From Octopus sinensis (taxonomy: Eukaryota), in contig NC_042998.1 in NCBI RefSeq assembly GCF_006345805.1, positions 114,576,001 to 114,640,000 of the forward strand: 64,000 nucleotides of DNA, read 5' to 3'. Of the stretch, positions 1-12,177 are shown piece after piece (the first letter of the stretch is position 1; every line of letters begins with the position of its first letter). The position numbers and the translations under genes were made by a program. Below the pieces are notes generated by a model that was not told the origin of the DNA, searched no databases, and saw nothing but the letters and a program-made list of their open reading frames with translations.

Positions 1-639
1 TCAAACATCAAAAAACTCATAGCTATCTGAGTCTCTCTGTGTATGCGTATACACAGACATACACGCACACAAGCATATATATTCATACGTATGCTTGTGT
101 GCGTGTATGTCTGTGTATACGCATACATGCGTATACACATGTGTATACGCATGTACATGCATCAATTTCAAAAGCTTGAAAGATGGTCTTAAACGGTGTT
201 GAGGACACACACACATTCGTGCGCACGCTCACACACACACACACGCACGCGCGCGCACATACATGCATGCATGCAACTAGTTAAATATATGATTCGTTCG
301 GCAAAACCCTTTTGCAATGATGACAGGAATAAACACATGTACACATAAACATACGCAACCACACATACACACACACACACATTAATTACATACGTACAAA
401 CAGAGAGACTGTCAGACAGTCAGACAGACACAAGACACTCTTATTCATGCCCCTTACCAATTTAGGATTCTTAGAAATATTGCCTGGTTACATTCGAGTT
501 CCGTTTTACGCTATAAGGAATGAACATTACCCGTTTCAAAGACGACGCTGAATACATATGCGAATAGAGGCTACAGTAGACCAACCTATACTCATTATTT
601 AGAACGACAAGAGAAATATAATGAATTTGCATGGCTGTC

Positions 640-799
640 TGGTAGGAAGTTTTCTTCCCAAACACCTGCATCTGGATTCGGTCCCGTTGCGTGGAACCTT
701 GCAGCTTGAGCAATTGTTTTGTACTGTACCACTATAGTCTCTGGCGTAACAAGGACTTGCGAGTGGATTAGGTTGATGGAAACTGAGAGTAACCCATTG

Positions 800-800
<1 letters not shown>
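640..800 (+). mobile_element. Diverged head-only copy of SINE family A, ending in (TA)n
   Basis: Colinear but mismatched with the SINE head at 881-1045 (GGATTCGGTCCC B-box remnant; 'gtgagtggatt..ggaaactga' motif). Confidence 0.65.
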
Positions 801-871
<71 letters not shown>

Positions 872-880
872 TATATTATA

Positions 881-1070
881 GCGCAGGAGTGGCTGTGTGG
901 TAAGTAGCTTGCTAAACAAACATATTGTTCCGGGTTCAGTCCCACAGCGTGGCACCTTGGGCAAGTGTCTTCTACTATAGTCTCGGGCCGACCAACGCCT
1001 TGTGAGTGGATTTGATAGACGGAAACTGAAAGAAGCCCGTCGTATATATGTATATATATATATATGTATG

Positions 1071-1121
<51 letters not shown>

Positions 1122-1347
1122 TGTGTGTGTGTGAGTTTGTGTGTCTGTGTTTGTCCCTCCAATATCGCTTGACAACCGATGGTGGTGTGTTTACGTCCAC
1201 GTAACTTAGCGGTTCGGCAAAAGAGACCGATAGAATAAGTATTAGGCTAACAAAGAATAAGTCCTGGGGTCGATTTGCTCGACTACAGGTGGTGCTCCAG
1301 CATGGCCGCAGTCAAATGACTGAAACAAATAAAAGAGAATAAAAGAG
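881..1347 (+). mobile_element. Full-length tRNA-derived SINE, family A (octopus OR/OK-type), with internal (TA)n(TG)n tract
   Basis: A-box-like TGGCTGTGTGG and B-box-like GGGTTCAGTCCC, central microsatellite (~1043-1140), conserved 3' body ending in AAAAGAG repeats. Homologous copies occur at 36622, 55765 and 62213. The family name is from recall. Confidence 0.85.
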
Positions 1348-1351
1348 AGAA

Positions 1352-1391
<40 letters not shown>

Positions 1392-1393
<2 letters not shown>

Positions 1394-1454
1394 TCTTACG
1401 TGCCTGACGAGAAAAGCCTCGTTAAAGTCTTCGGAATTTGAAGTAGCACGGAAT
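1392..1454 (+). ncRNA. Degenerate solo type I hammerhead-ribozyme-like motif
   Basis: Stem I CGTGC/GCACG extended by ATTC/GAAT, core CTGACGA (1404-1410), GGAA in place of GAAA, weak stems II and III, U16.1-A17 at 1444-1445. Confidence 0.35.
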
Positions 1455-1826
1455 CCGAATCTGTTTTGAATAATACATGTAACTCTTAATAAATGTGCGG
1501 ATTGCCCCTTCCCGCGTGTTTCCAGTCATTCACTCTCTCTCACACACACGCAATATATATACACACAGACATACTCACTTATATATATATATATATGTAT
1601 GTACAATCGTTTCATACTACAACATTTTATTTAAATGTTGTTGTATGAAACGATTGTACCAAATTACCGGAATCATCCTTGTTGCTTATGTTTTATTATA
1701 ATCACCCCGCAAATTTTTATGTGTAATACCATACAAAATTCTGGTGCATCTAAATTAAGTATCATATTCATTTGAATCTAAATTTTTGCTGATCTTACCG
1801 GAATCATTCTTGTTGCTTATTTTCGA

Positions 1827-1861
<35 letters not shown>

Positions 1862-1862
<1 letters not shown>

Positions 1863-2688
1863 GAGGGGGTACCCAAGAGGAACCGGTAGCGATCTTTGTG
1901 GAACAAGTCACTTGATGCATGTCTCAGGCATCAGGTTGCCGACCGGCGGCGTCCTGTGAAGTCGTACCACTGCGAAGTTTGTCTTCGTTTTGCAGTGCTT
2001 CCCCATTGTTCAGCGTGCTTCCGTGAAATTCTGTTTTCTGTTAGGGAAAGCGGCGGCCGAAATAGTTGTCATACTTCAAACGGCTTACATGGACGCTGCC
2101 ATGAGCAAACAAGTTTACGAGAGGTTTCACGCCTTAAGAACGATCACTTGTCGCTTGAAGACCAACCTCGTTCAGAGCGCCCGTTGACCCCTCGAACGAA
2201 TGAAGACATCATGAAAATTCAAGAATTGATCTTGGAGGATTGTTACCGAACAATTGACGAAGTTGTTGATATTACTGGTGTGTTCTGGAGCTTCTGTCAA
2301 CGAATTTTGAGCGAGGAATTGCGAATAGAAAGAGTTGCAACACAATTTGTGCCTCACTTGCTCATGGAAGATCAAATGCAGTCAGGACAGAATGCGTGAA
2401 CTGAAACAACAGTTAGTAGTTGATCCAGACTTTTTTTCGAACGTCATCACTGGTGACGAAAGCTACGGTATGCGCAGATGTGAAAGAGGTGAAGAAAAAA
2501 TGATGGAGGCTTTAAAAGTTATTCACTTCGTAAGAGTTACAGCATTTTTTCGAGCAGTGGAAAAGACGCCTGAACCGTTGCATTGCTTCAGATGGAGAAT
2601 ATTTTGAAGGCAATAAAAGTGTAAACATGTAAAACTAACTGAATAAAATAATATTGCAAAATACCAATTTCTATTGGGTACCCCGTCA
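1862..2688 (+). mobile_element. Internally deleted mariner transposon (pseudogenised transposase)
   Basis: 27-bp imperfect TIRs (CGAGGGGGTACCCAA...; 6 mismatches) flanked by TA. Frameshifted peptides QRASVKFCFLLGK (HTH), EDQPRSERP, RVATQFVPHLL (WVPHEL-like) and DPDFFSNVITGDES (first catalytic D). Most of the DDD domain is missing. Confidence 0.92.
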
Positions 2689-2690
2689 TA

Positions 2691-2890
2691 TGTTTGTGTG
2701 CGTTTCTTTGTCAACCACTATCGTTTGACAACGGTTTTTTGCCTTATTTACATCTCTGTCGTGGTTCCTCAAAAAGTGACAGAATTAGCTTACGGAAAAA
2801 AAAATACTGGGATCATTTTGTTCGACTAAACCTTTCAAAGCGGTGCCTCAGTATGGGCCCCATCTGATGAATGAAACAGGTAAAAGATAG
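2691..2890 (+). mobile_element. Degenerate 3' body of SINE family A
   Basis: Similar to 1140-1347 (cgtttgacaac, gttcgactaaa, gcggtgcctcagtatgg, tgaaacaggtaaaaga). Confidence 0.6.
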
Positions 2891-3373
2891 AGTATATGTT
2901 GTAAGATGAAATGAAATAGAAAGAAATGAAACACTTATTTTAATAGTGAAATGAAATACAATCACATGAGAACGTCACGGTAAAAACTTTGCAGTCCGAG
3001 CTCGGAATTAATGCCAAAGGTTGAAATGGTATATTTCATTTGAAGACAAAAGGAAAATATTATAACAAATAATAATTTTTTGTTTGTTTATTTATTGCTA
3101 ATACATTACATGACTTTTGCACGATCAAGCACAATTCATATAATAGTATATTGCACATAGGTGAAAAAAGAATGAGTTTTGTTTAATATTTTAAAAATAA
3201 TGCTGAAATGAAAAATAAACACCATCAGCCATTTACTGAATTTTTTCGTAACTTATGACATTTGGTGTTGCCACAATTTTAATTTTGTTGCTGCACTTTT
3301 GTCGTTTTCCATTGAAGCTTGATATCTATCTATTCATCTGTCTCACTCTGTCTCCTCTTTCTCTCTTCCACGT

Positions 3374-3438
<65 letters not shown>

Positions 3439-3450
3439 TTGCGTACTGAA

Positions 3451-3487
<37 letters not shown>

Positions 3488-3573
3488 GTGAGACAGAAGT
3501 GAAAAAGAAATTGTGTTACATACGAAGCCTCTCTCTCTCTCTTATCTTACATGTAGATATAAGCATGATTATA

Positions 3574-3796
3574 CAATGATACCTCGACTATCGCGAGTGT
3601 TACGTTCCAAAACCCTACGCGATAGGTGAAAACCTGCGAAGCAGAAAAAGTACTATAATGAGTATTTTTTAACATTATTTTTATAATTTGGGTATATTTA
3701 TTTTAGTATAAATACAAAATAACACCACATAGGAATCAACGTAAGCTTAGATAATAAACCGCGATAGGTGAACCGCGACATGGCGAGGGATTACTG
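3574..3796. mobile_element. pogo/Tigger-type MITE
   Basis: Imperfect TIRs CAATGATACCTCGACTATCGCG / CCGCGACATGGCGAGGGATTACTG, TA on the left, non-coding AT-rich interior. Confidence 0.7.
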
Positions 3797-4297
3797 CATA
3801 CATATGTATGTGTGTGTATAGGAGATGTACTGGTGTTAAATACACAATAACAAAAAAAAAACACACACACACATATATATATAATATATAAGTACAAAAA
3901 ATCGATAGTTGTTTATATGTATATTAGAAGAAATGAGGTAATCAGAAGATCGGATGGTTTATATTTACAGATATTTATTTATATATTACATTTTTTACAT
4001 ATATATCATATCACTTAGATCATTAGCGCTTTAGCCCATTCTAGTGGGGTTTTCAAATCAAAATAAGTTCCTTTGTAGGGAATTTTAATCATTTTATAGA
4101 GTTTCATAGTGGTGGGGAGGAATATAAGACAGTACAAGAGGGTGAGGTGGATGAGGAGAAGGTGAGAGAGAGAACATGTGTGTATGTGTATGGGTATGTA
4201 TGTGTGTGTGTGTTGTGTGTGTTTGTATCTGAGGTGAGTGCTAAAGAGAAAGAGGGGAAGGGAGAGGGAAGAAGAAGGAAAGAATTTGTTTGGTCTG

Positions 4298-4957
4298 CTG
4301 GACAGAATATTGACTCCAAGGGGGTTATAAGAATTTCAGCTTTGACCACTTCACAGTGTCACTGAGTGTGTGGTGGCGGGGAGGTAGGCCATAAATTATA
4401 TTTCCTTTTATCATTGTGAGGATGGTCAAATGCATTTTTGGGTTTAAGAATTCTTTCCACTTTTTATGATCGTTTTGTGGAGGTGTGTGTGTGTGTCTGT
4501 GTGTCTGTGTGTGTGTCTGTGTGTGTGTGTCCGCGTGTGTTTGTGTGTGTGCGTGTGTGTGTGCGTGTGCGTGTGTCTGTGTGTTTGGAGAAGGGGAGAG
4601 AGACAAAAAAAGAAAGAAAAAGAAAAATAAGGGAGGAATGGGAAAAAATTTTGCTGATATTTATACCACTATATATATATACACGGTTATACATGAAATA
4701 TTTGAAAAAAAATTTTTATCGGTTCAAAATGAACAACTAAAATTAAAGTGACATTTAAAAAGTAAAGATGAAGTAAATTATAAAAATAATATAATGTATT
4801 AGAAAAAAACACCTTCTATCGATTCAAAATGAACAATCAAATTACACCATCTTGAAAATTGCATATCATAGGAAGGTTAAAATTAGAATGACAATTGGCA
4901 AGTAAAGATCAAGTAAATTACAAAAATAATATAATGTATATAACAGGTAATATATAT

Positions 4958-5006
<49 letters not shown>

Positions 5007-6848
5007 ACATATTAAATATTCGACTATATTATATTGTAAATCGAAAGATTTGTCCTTCAATGTATGATGAGTAAAGTTTCAGCCATTTAATTTGGGGGAG
5101 AACTTAGCTATGAAATATTTTTTCATATTCCTCCTGAAAGAGGTGTCGTTCTTCGGACATTTATAGAAAGGAAAGATCTTAAATTTTCCTTCTCCACACG
5201 TAGCTAGGTGTGTACTTAGTGGTATTTTGCGTAGTTCTTCCTGCCGAATATGTTGTCGGTGAATCCTGACTCGCTGGCACAAAGAATTACCAGTTTCACC
5301 TTCGTAATTCTCCTTGCACGTGGGGCAGGTTATGCAGTATATAACGTTCTGCGTCTTGTAGTTCATATATGCATTTACTTTGAATATGTCACCACTTTTA
5401 AATCTCATCTCTCTGTTTCCCTCTATGTATTTGTAGGTGGGGTTGCTGCAGATCCCACATCTACCATCTCCGCACTCTTTTGCAAAGAATTCCGTTTTAG
5501 TTTCTGAAGAGAATTTCGCTCTTGTTAGGTGTTTCTTTAGGTTTTTGTCCTGTCGTCTACTGTTTTTTATGCTATATTTGTTTAATATGTTTTTCATTTT
5601 GGGGCTTTGTAAGGCTATTGGTAGGTTTGAATGTATGGTTTGGAAGATGTTGGTAACTCCAGGGTTGTGCGTGTTTATAAAAGGAATAATGTTTCCTTTG
5701 TTTTTTGTTTTGGGTGTCCTGAATTGTGCGATGTCTAGTTTTAATGCTCTTGTTATTCCATTTTCTATTAGTTTAAGTGGGTATTTTTGCTCTTGGAGGA
5801 AGTTTTTGAGTTCATCTAGTCTTATTAGTCGTATTTGTGAATCAGTTACTATGCTACATATTCGTCTTGCCATACTATATGGGATGTTTCTTTTTGTGTG
5901 GGATGGGTGGCAGGAGTGGAAATTTAAGTATTGGTGTGTGTCAGTTTTTTGTAGTGGATGTCTGTTGTGACGATGGAGATGTATATTTTGATGTTGATGT
6001 CTAGGAAGGGAAGTTCGTTGTGGCTGATATCTATTGTGAAGTTGATAGATGGGTGCAGCGTATTGAGGATGTTGTGGAATGTTCGTAGGTCTTTTTCTGA
6101 TCTGTTCCAAAAGATGAAGCAGTCATCGAGGTAGCGTTTCCACTTTTTCTTGATGTCTTCTCTGAAGTCGTGTTCGAAGACTTTCCCTATTTCATCATAT
6201 AGTTTGTTCTCCAGGAAACCCATCACCAGGTTGGCATATGAAGGTGCGAATTTTGTACCCATAGCCGTGCCTTTTATCTGTCGGTATGTCTTGTTGTTGA
6301 ATGAGAATGTATTTTCTTCGTGTATTAGTTGGGTGGCTTGGGTGATAAAGTTTGTCTTGAAGCGTTCGTCTATAAGTTCTCTGTATTTTTCTATTGATTG
6401 TTTTATAGATGGTGTAATATAGTTGTTCATTTTGAACCGATAAAAAGTTTTTTCAAATATTTCATGTATAAGCGTGTATATATATATATATATATATATA
6501 GTGGTATAAATATCAACACAATTTTTTCCACTTATTTTTCTTTTTCTTTCTTTTTTTGTCTCTCTCCCCTTCTCCAAACACACAGACACACGCACACACA
6601 CACACGCACACGCACACACACAAACACACACGGACACACACACAGACACACAGACACACAGACACACCTCCACAAAACGATCATAAAAAGTGGAAAGAAT
6701 TCTTAAACCCAAAAATTTGACCATCCTCACAATGATAAAAGGAAATATAATTTATGGCCTACCTCCCCGCCACCACACACTCAGTGACACTGTGAAGTGG
6801 TCAAAGCTGAAATTCTTATAGCCCCCTTGGAGTCAATATTCTGTCCAG
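4298..6848 (-). mobile_element. Penelope-like retroelement 1 (Neptune-like), 5'-truncated, enclosed by ~430-440 bp inverted terminal repeats
   Basis: Arms 4298-4740 and 6420-6848 are reverse complements, including their internal (CA)n and (TA)n tracts. RT and GIY-YIG coding sequence lies between them on the minus strand. Confidence 0.93.
5079..6407 (-). pseudogene. Penelope-like RT C-terminal half + GIY-YIG endonuclease (frameshift ~5960-5990)
   Basis: KGTAMGTKFAPSYANL, WKRYLDDCF, LPFLD, TDTHQYLNFHSCHP, Cys linker CGDGRCGIC, endonuclease NVIYCITCPTCKENYEGETG...RVRIH. The N-terminal parts of both track ORFs are not homologous. Confidence 0.92.
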
Positions 6849-8046
6849 TAGGTAAGTTTTCAAAGTTGCTAGAGCGTCAGATAGCATCCTCACGTTTTTT
6901 AATCCGATCTTATGCGGTCTTAGTTCAAATCTGCTTTCGAAATTTTTGAGATCTATAAAAAAAAAATTACCAAACAAAAGAGGAACGATCCAGGATTGTG
7001 GCAAAGTGGTTCTTTTAGAATATCAGACCGGTTACTTGCAGTATTTGTTCCAACTTTGAACATTCTAAGTTCAAATACCACTATGGCAAGGTAAGTGGCA
7101 GACGTAAACCGTCACACTCTTTAACATCATCTCTTTAGTGAAGTCATCTCAGTGGCAAGGATTCGAGTTATTTTTCCGTTTGAGAATATTTTCGTCCATT
7201 ATCTTACAGTATCGGAGACAGTGCAAAAGCTCCTGGGTACTGTATTAGTGCTCGATAGCCTTCACTCCTGGATGAAGTGATGTTGCCGGCTGTTGAGGCC
7301 TCTATTTAATAGTCAGTGCCTATGTGAATAATGTAAGACTTTATCATTGTCAGACAGGTGATTATTTTTCTTTGTTACTAGTGTATGTTGTTTATTTATT
7401 TCAGGTTATTTATTTCAGGTTAGCTGTATTGTAACTGTCATTAATTGTCTACACTTGTGGGGGATCCTCTGTAATATATGAATTTTCCTATTCAGTTGCG
7501 CGAGAAACTGTATTACTATTGCTTATTGTTATCAGTAAAAGTGTAATATTTGCATAAAACTCACACACATGATTACACAGATTCTCTGCTACAGGTTCGT
7601 TCGCATACATTGACAAACGCATGGAGACAAATATATACATATATATTCAAACATATACATCTAATGAAATATTTGCTGCAATATGGACACTCACTCATTA
7701 AAACCAAATACTATCTAGCAGTTAAATTCATACAGTTTACAATATTCTTATTTGCTATTAGATTTATTAATTGCAAAGATCATTAGCAGCGTGTGCGTAT
7801 GACTACATATTTATGGTTTCTTGTTCAATATGTTTATAGTATAGTTTCCAAGTTAAATTATCGATTAGTGTAACACACTCTCCATCGTGTTTTACGAAGT
7901 TTTGCTCGTCTGCTTTCCTATTGTATAGTTAAAAGGCATTTTACTTATGCAAATTACAGAGTGGCAGCGCTAAGTAGTGGTGCGTATAAATGCAAGGTTA
8001 TTACCAGTTCAAATATGCTTGGGGCACGTTCGAACCCGTAAAGGAA

Positions 8047-8146
8047 NNNNNNNNNNNNNNNNNNNNNNNNNNNNNNNNNNNNNNNNNNNNNNNNNNNNNN
8101 NNNNNNNNNNNNNNNNNNNNNNNNNNNNNNNNNNNNNNNNNNNNNN
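8047..8146. other. Scaffold gap (100 N)
   Basis: Run of exactly 100 N followed by (TA)-rich sequence. Confidence 0.99.
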
Positions 8147-8581
8147 ATATATTATATATATATATATTATAATATATATATATATATATATATATTAATA
8201 TATATATTATATAATATATATAATATATATAATATATATAATATAATATATATATATAATATATATATATATTATATATATATATTTAAATAAATATAAA
8301 TAAATATTTTCAAAGTGGAAAAATTTACGAACTTTTTCTCTTACGAGGTTTTTCTCGCTAACGACTGATAATTTCTTATAATGATTTTATCCTTAATTTT
8401 AAATTTATATTTTTCACGGGAATAGCTCAATACTGAATTTTTGTTCCGACTAGGCAATTTGGTACCGAAATGCATTGCGAATAAGCCCGCCATTTTCATA
8501 GATATGTAAAGATAAACATTCGTACATGCTGCGGCGAATTCTACGGTTGGCTGTAATGTTGTGTTTTTTCTTATATGTCTT

Positions 8582-8658
8582 GAGTTTGTTGCACTGATGA
8601 GCATAGAATGCATATTCTGCATTGATTGCGAAATCACAGGTGATATGTAACTAAATTC
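8582..8658 (+). ncRNA. Type I hammerhead ribozyme, copy 1
   Basis: Stem I GAGTTT-GTTGCA / TGTAAC-T-AAATTC; core CTGATGA 8594-8600; stem II GCA..AATGCA-tattc-TGCATT..TGC; GAAA 8630-8633; stem III TCAC-ag-GTGA; AUA cleavage triplet ending at 8645. Confidence 0.88.
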
Positions 8659-9075
8659 TGTTTTTAAATAACTTGCTTTGAAGATTTGCATTCGGTACAA
8701 TTTGTTTATTTTAGTAGTTTTGACTGCAAGAGTCCCTCCTAGCGTGCGGTACCTATGAATAATAGTACCCTCTATATAATATAAATATATATTTTCAAAA
8801 TGGAAAAATTTACGGATTTTTTCTCTTACGAGGTTTTTCACGCTAACTACTGATAATTTCTTATAAAGATTTTATCCTTAATTTTAAATTTATATTTTTC
8901 ACCGGAATAGTTCAATACTGAATTTTTGTTCCGACTAGGCAATTTGTTACCGAAATGCATTGCGAATAAGTCCGCCATTTTCATAGATATGTAAAGTTAA
9001 ACATTCGTACATGCTGCGGCGAATTCTACGGTTGGCTGTCAGGTTTGTAATGTTGTGTTTTTTCTTATATGGCTT

Positions 9076-9152
9076 GAGTTTGTTGCACTGATGAGCAGAG
9101 AATGTATATTCTGCATTGATTGCGAAATCACAGGTGATATGTAACTAAATTC
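9076..9152 (+). ncRNA. Type I hammerhead ribozyme, copy 2
   Basis: Core identical to copy 1 (CTGATGA 9088-9094, GAAA 9124-9127, AUA ending at 9139). The two stem II changes give G.U pairs. Confidence 0.88.
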
Positions 9153-9277
9153 TTTTTTTAAATGACTTGCCTTGAAGTTTTGCATTCGGTACAATTTGTT
9201 TTTTTAGTAGTTTTGACTGCAAGAGTCCCTCCTAGCGTGCTGTACCTATGAATAATAGTACCCTCTATATAATAGAA

Positions 9278-9355
<78 letters not shown>

Positions 9356-10087
9356 TCAATAAATGGTGGGGTTGTGTTGACCGCACGTGGAGAAATGATA
9401 AGTAAGGAAAAATTTTTAAAAAAATGCAGAATGCTCAAATGAAAGAAAATTTTAATAAAATGAGAAAATGATAAAATATATAAATGTATATTTATTCAAC
9501 CGGTTTTCGTCATTGTATGACTTGTCAAGAATATTTATGTTTTAAGAAGTTTTTTTTTAAAATTAGAAAGGGGAAAAAAAGAAAATTGCATTGTTTTTTG
9601 TAAAAGAATAATGATAAAAATGTACAAAAATTAAAAAATAAGTTCTCCGATACATCGTGAGTTCGTTGTGTATCTTGCGTTTTATGGTTGTTTACGAAAA
9701 AATTACCTTGAGGTGTTAAGATCCAAAGGGATTAAGAGCATGTGTTGTGTTGTGTTGTTAAATTCAGCATGTTTGCAGGACAGGAAGTAGTAGTAATTGT
9801 GGTCCTGGTTCTTCAGTTCCTGTGTTGTGAGTAAGGGGAGACAACTCTTTTGAGTTCTTCAATAAACCCCAAATTATAAAACTATCATTTTAGCTTCATT
9901 TGCATTATCTTTTTTATATAATTGCTTGTTAACTTAACTTTCAGATTTTAACACTTTATTTACATTATTTTCTAATAATATAAATCTGCATAGACAATTG
10001 CATTTCAAATTGTCATATCATTTATAATAAAAATGATAGTAATAACAACAATAGTAAAAATGATATTTAAAGAATATAAGTTTTCTT

Positions 10088-11400
10088 ATAGAAAAACACC
10101 CAGAGACATTCCCTGACCGCATTAACAAGTCTTTTATTACAGAATCTCTTAAGTTCATTCTGACAAACAATTTTTTTCTCTTCGACGACACACACTACCG
10201 TCAAAAATGTGGCATTGCGATGGGTACCAAGGCTGCACCAGTCCTTGCGAACCTCATAATGGGTTACTTCGAACTGTCACTCTATGAAATATCAAGCCAG
10301 AAATTTGGACATGTTTTCCACACCTACCTAATGGAAACTGGAAAAGGTATTTAGATGATTGTTTCATCATATGGAAAGAACCTTATGAAAAACTCCTGGA
10401 ATTCAAAACCATACTAAACAACATACATCCCAACATCCAATTCACTATGGAATTAAGCAAACATCATCTCCCATTCCTTGATCTCCTAATATAAAAACAC
10501 CTAAGAACCAAATCATAACAGACATCTACCACAAACCTACAGACTCACAACAATACCTCCTCTTTAGTTCATGCCACCCAAAACACACCAAGACAAATAT
10601 CCCTTTCAATTTAGCTAAAAGGGTATGCACCATTGTCTCGGATCCAAAAACACGAGAAATACGCCTTCAAGACCTCAAAAAAACACTATTACAACGTCAA
10701 TATCCCTCCACCCTTATAGAGTATGGAATAAAACGCGCCAAAGAACTAGACAACACTACACTGAAAACCACCCAACCTAACACCACACACAACCTCAAAA
10801 TACTTCCATACATTTCCACCCACAACCCCAAAAATATCGAAGCATACACCACAGTCATACAAAACCTCAGTCTACTGTCAACAGACCCAAAATGAAAAAC
10901 ATTATAAATACACACAAAATCCTCAAATGCAAAAGGCAACACAAATCTTTAAAAAAACTCTTGACAAATGCCAAACTTCACACACCACATCCACCCCCAA
11001 CAGTAAAAAAATGTGCACGCTCAAACTGTGGTACCTGCCCCTTCTACTTGAAGGCTCTGAATTTACCTTCAAACAAGGTACGAAGTTTAAAATCAAGACT
11101 AACTTCTCCTGTTCCTCCTAGAACCTTATCTACGTTCTCACATGCGCTGGTTGCCAACATAATTATGTTGGACAAACGAGTCTCCCGTTACGTAAACGAG
11201 TAACGGTGCATAAAGACAAATAAATCTCCCGGAATACCGACAAATTCCACTGAGTGACCACTTAGACTCATGTGCTAAAGACTTAAACCCCAATTCTATA
11301 TATTCCCCTTCTACCAATGTAAAGACGGGATCACCACACAGGAGAGAATTAACAAGGAGAATCTCTTTATTAAAAATTCCAAACACAACTTAATATGCAA
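10088..11400 (+). pseudogene. Penelope-like RT C-terminal half + GIY-YIG endonuclease, several frameshifts
   Basis: CGIAMGTKAAPVLANLIMG, WKRYLDDCF, LPFLD, TDSQQYLLFSSCHP, CARSNCGTC linker, NLIYVLTCAGCQHNYVGQT...RVTVH, read across frames. Confidence 0.92.
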
Positions 11401-12046
11401 ACTCCTCGTTGATCAAACTTCCTTTCTCTACCTCACTTTTCATGGATGGACTAACACAAATATATAAAGATACCATGCATTCATCACTTCAAGCTAAAAC
11501 TTATATTCTTTAAATATCATTTTTACTATTGTTGTTATTACTATCATTTTTATTATAAATGATATGACAATTTGAAATGCAATTGTCTATGCAGATTTAT
11601 ATTATTAGAAAATAATGTAAATAAAGTGTTAAAATCTGAAAGTTAAGTTAACAAGCAATTATATAAAAAAAGATAATGCAAATGAAGCTAAAATGATAGT
11701 TTTATAATTTGGGTTTTATTGAAGAACTCAAAAGAGTTGTCTCCCCTTACTCACAACACAGGAACTGAAGAACCAGGACCACAATTACTACTACTTCCTG
11801 CCCTGCAAACATGCTGAATTTAACAACACAACACAACACATGCTCTTAATCCCTTTGGATCATAACACCTCAAGGTAATTTTTTCGTAAACAACCATAAA
11901 ACGCAAGATACACAACGAACTCACAATGTATCGGAGAACTTATTTTTTAATTTTTGTACATTTTTATCATTATTCTTTTACAAAAAACAATGCAATTTTC
12001 TTTTTTTCGCCTTTCTAATTTTAAAAAAAACTTCTTAAAACATAAA

Positions 12047-12087
12047 TATTCTTGACAAGTCATACAATGACGAAAACCGGTTGAATA
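12047..12087 (+). ncRNA. Minimal hammerhead-like motif in the Penelope terminal repeat (antisense copy at 9493-9533)
   Basis: TATTC-TTGACAA-GTCAT(aca)ATGAC-GAAA-ACCGGTT-GAATA: U3-A8 covariant core, palindromic stem III, one-nucleotide register anomaly, overlapping AATAAA. Confidence 0.55.
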
Positions 12088-12177
12088 AATATACATTTAT
12101 ATATTTTATCATTTTCTCATTTTATTAAAATTTTCTTTCATTTGAGCATTCTGCATTTTTGAAAAAATTTTTCTTTA

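Larger units (their letters stand above)
8300..9275 (+). repeat. Two-unit tandem repeat (~485/494 bp), one hammerhead per unit; retrozyme-like
   Basis: Unit starts at ~8311 and ~8796. About 20 substitutions and one 9-nt indel by eye. Flanked by (TA)n on both sides. Confidence 0.92.

Noticed and set aside
881-960. tRNA gene calls at SINE heads
   Set aside because: A- and B-box-like motifs are present, but there is no complete cloverleaf or terminator and they continue into SINE bodies.
5437-5970. 177-aa plus-strand ORF (also 10697-10942 minus)
   Set aside because: These are antisense shadows of the A-rich Penelope coding strand.
6785-6825. CTGTGAAG..GAAA in the arms of Penelope-like element 1
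   Set aside because: The core is not CTGANGA, and there is no stem II or stem I pairing.
8341-8841. 166-aa minus-strand ORF in the HHR tandem repeat
   Set aside because: It has no recognisable motif and spans the unit junction. The second unit has no equivalent long ORF.
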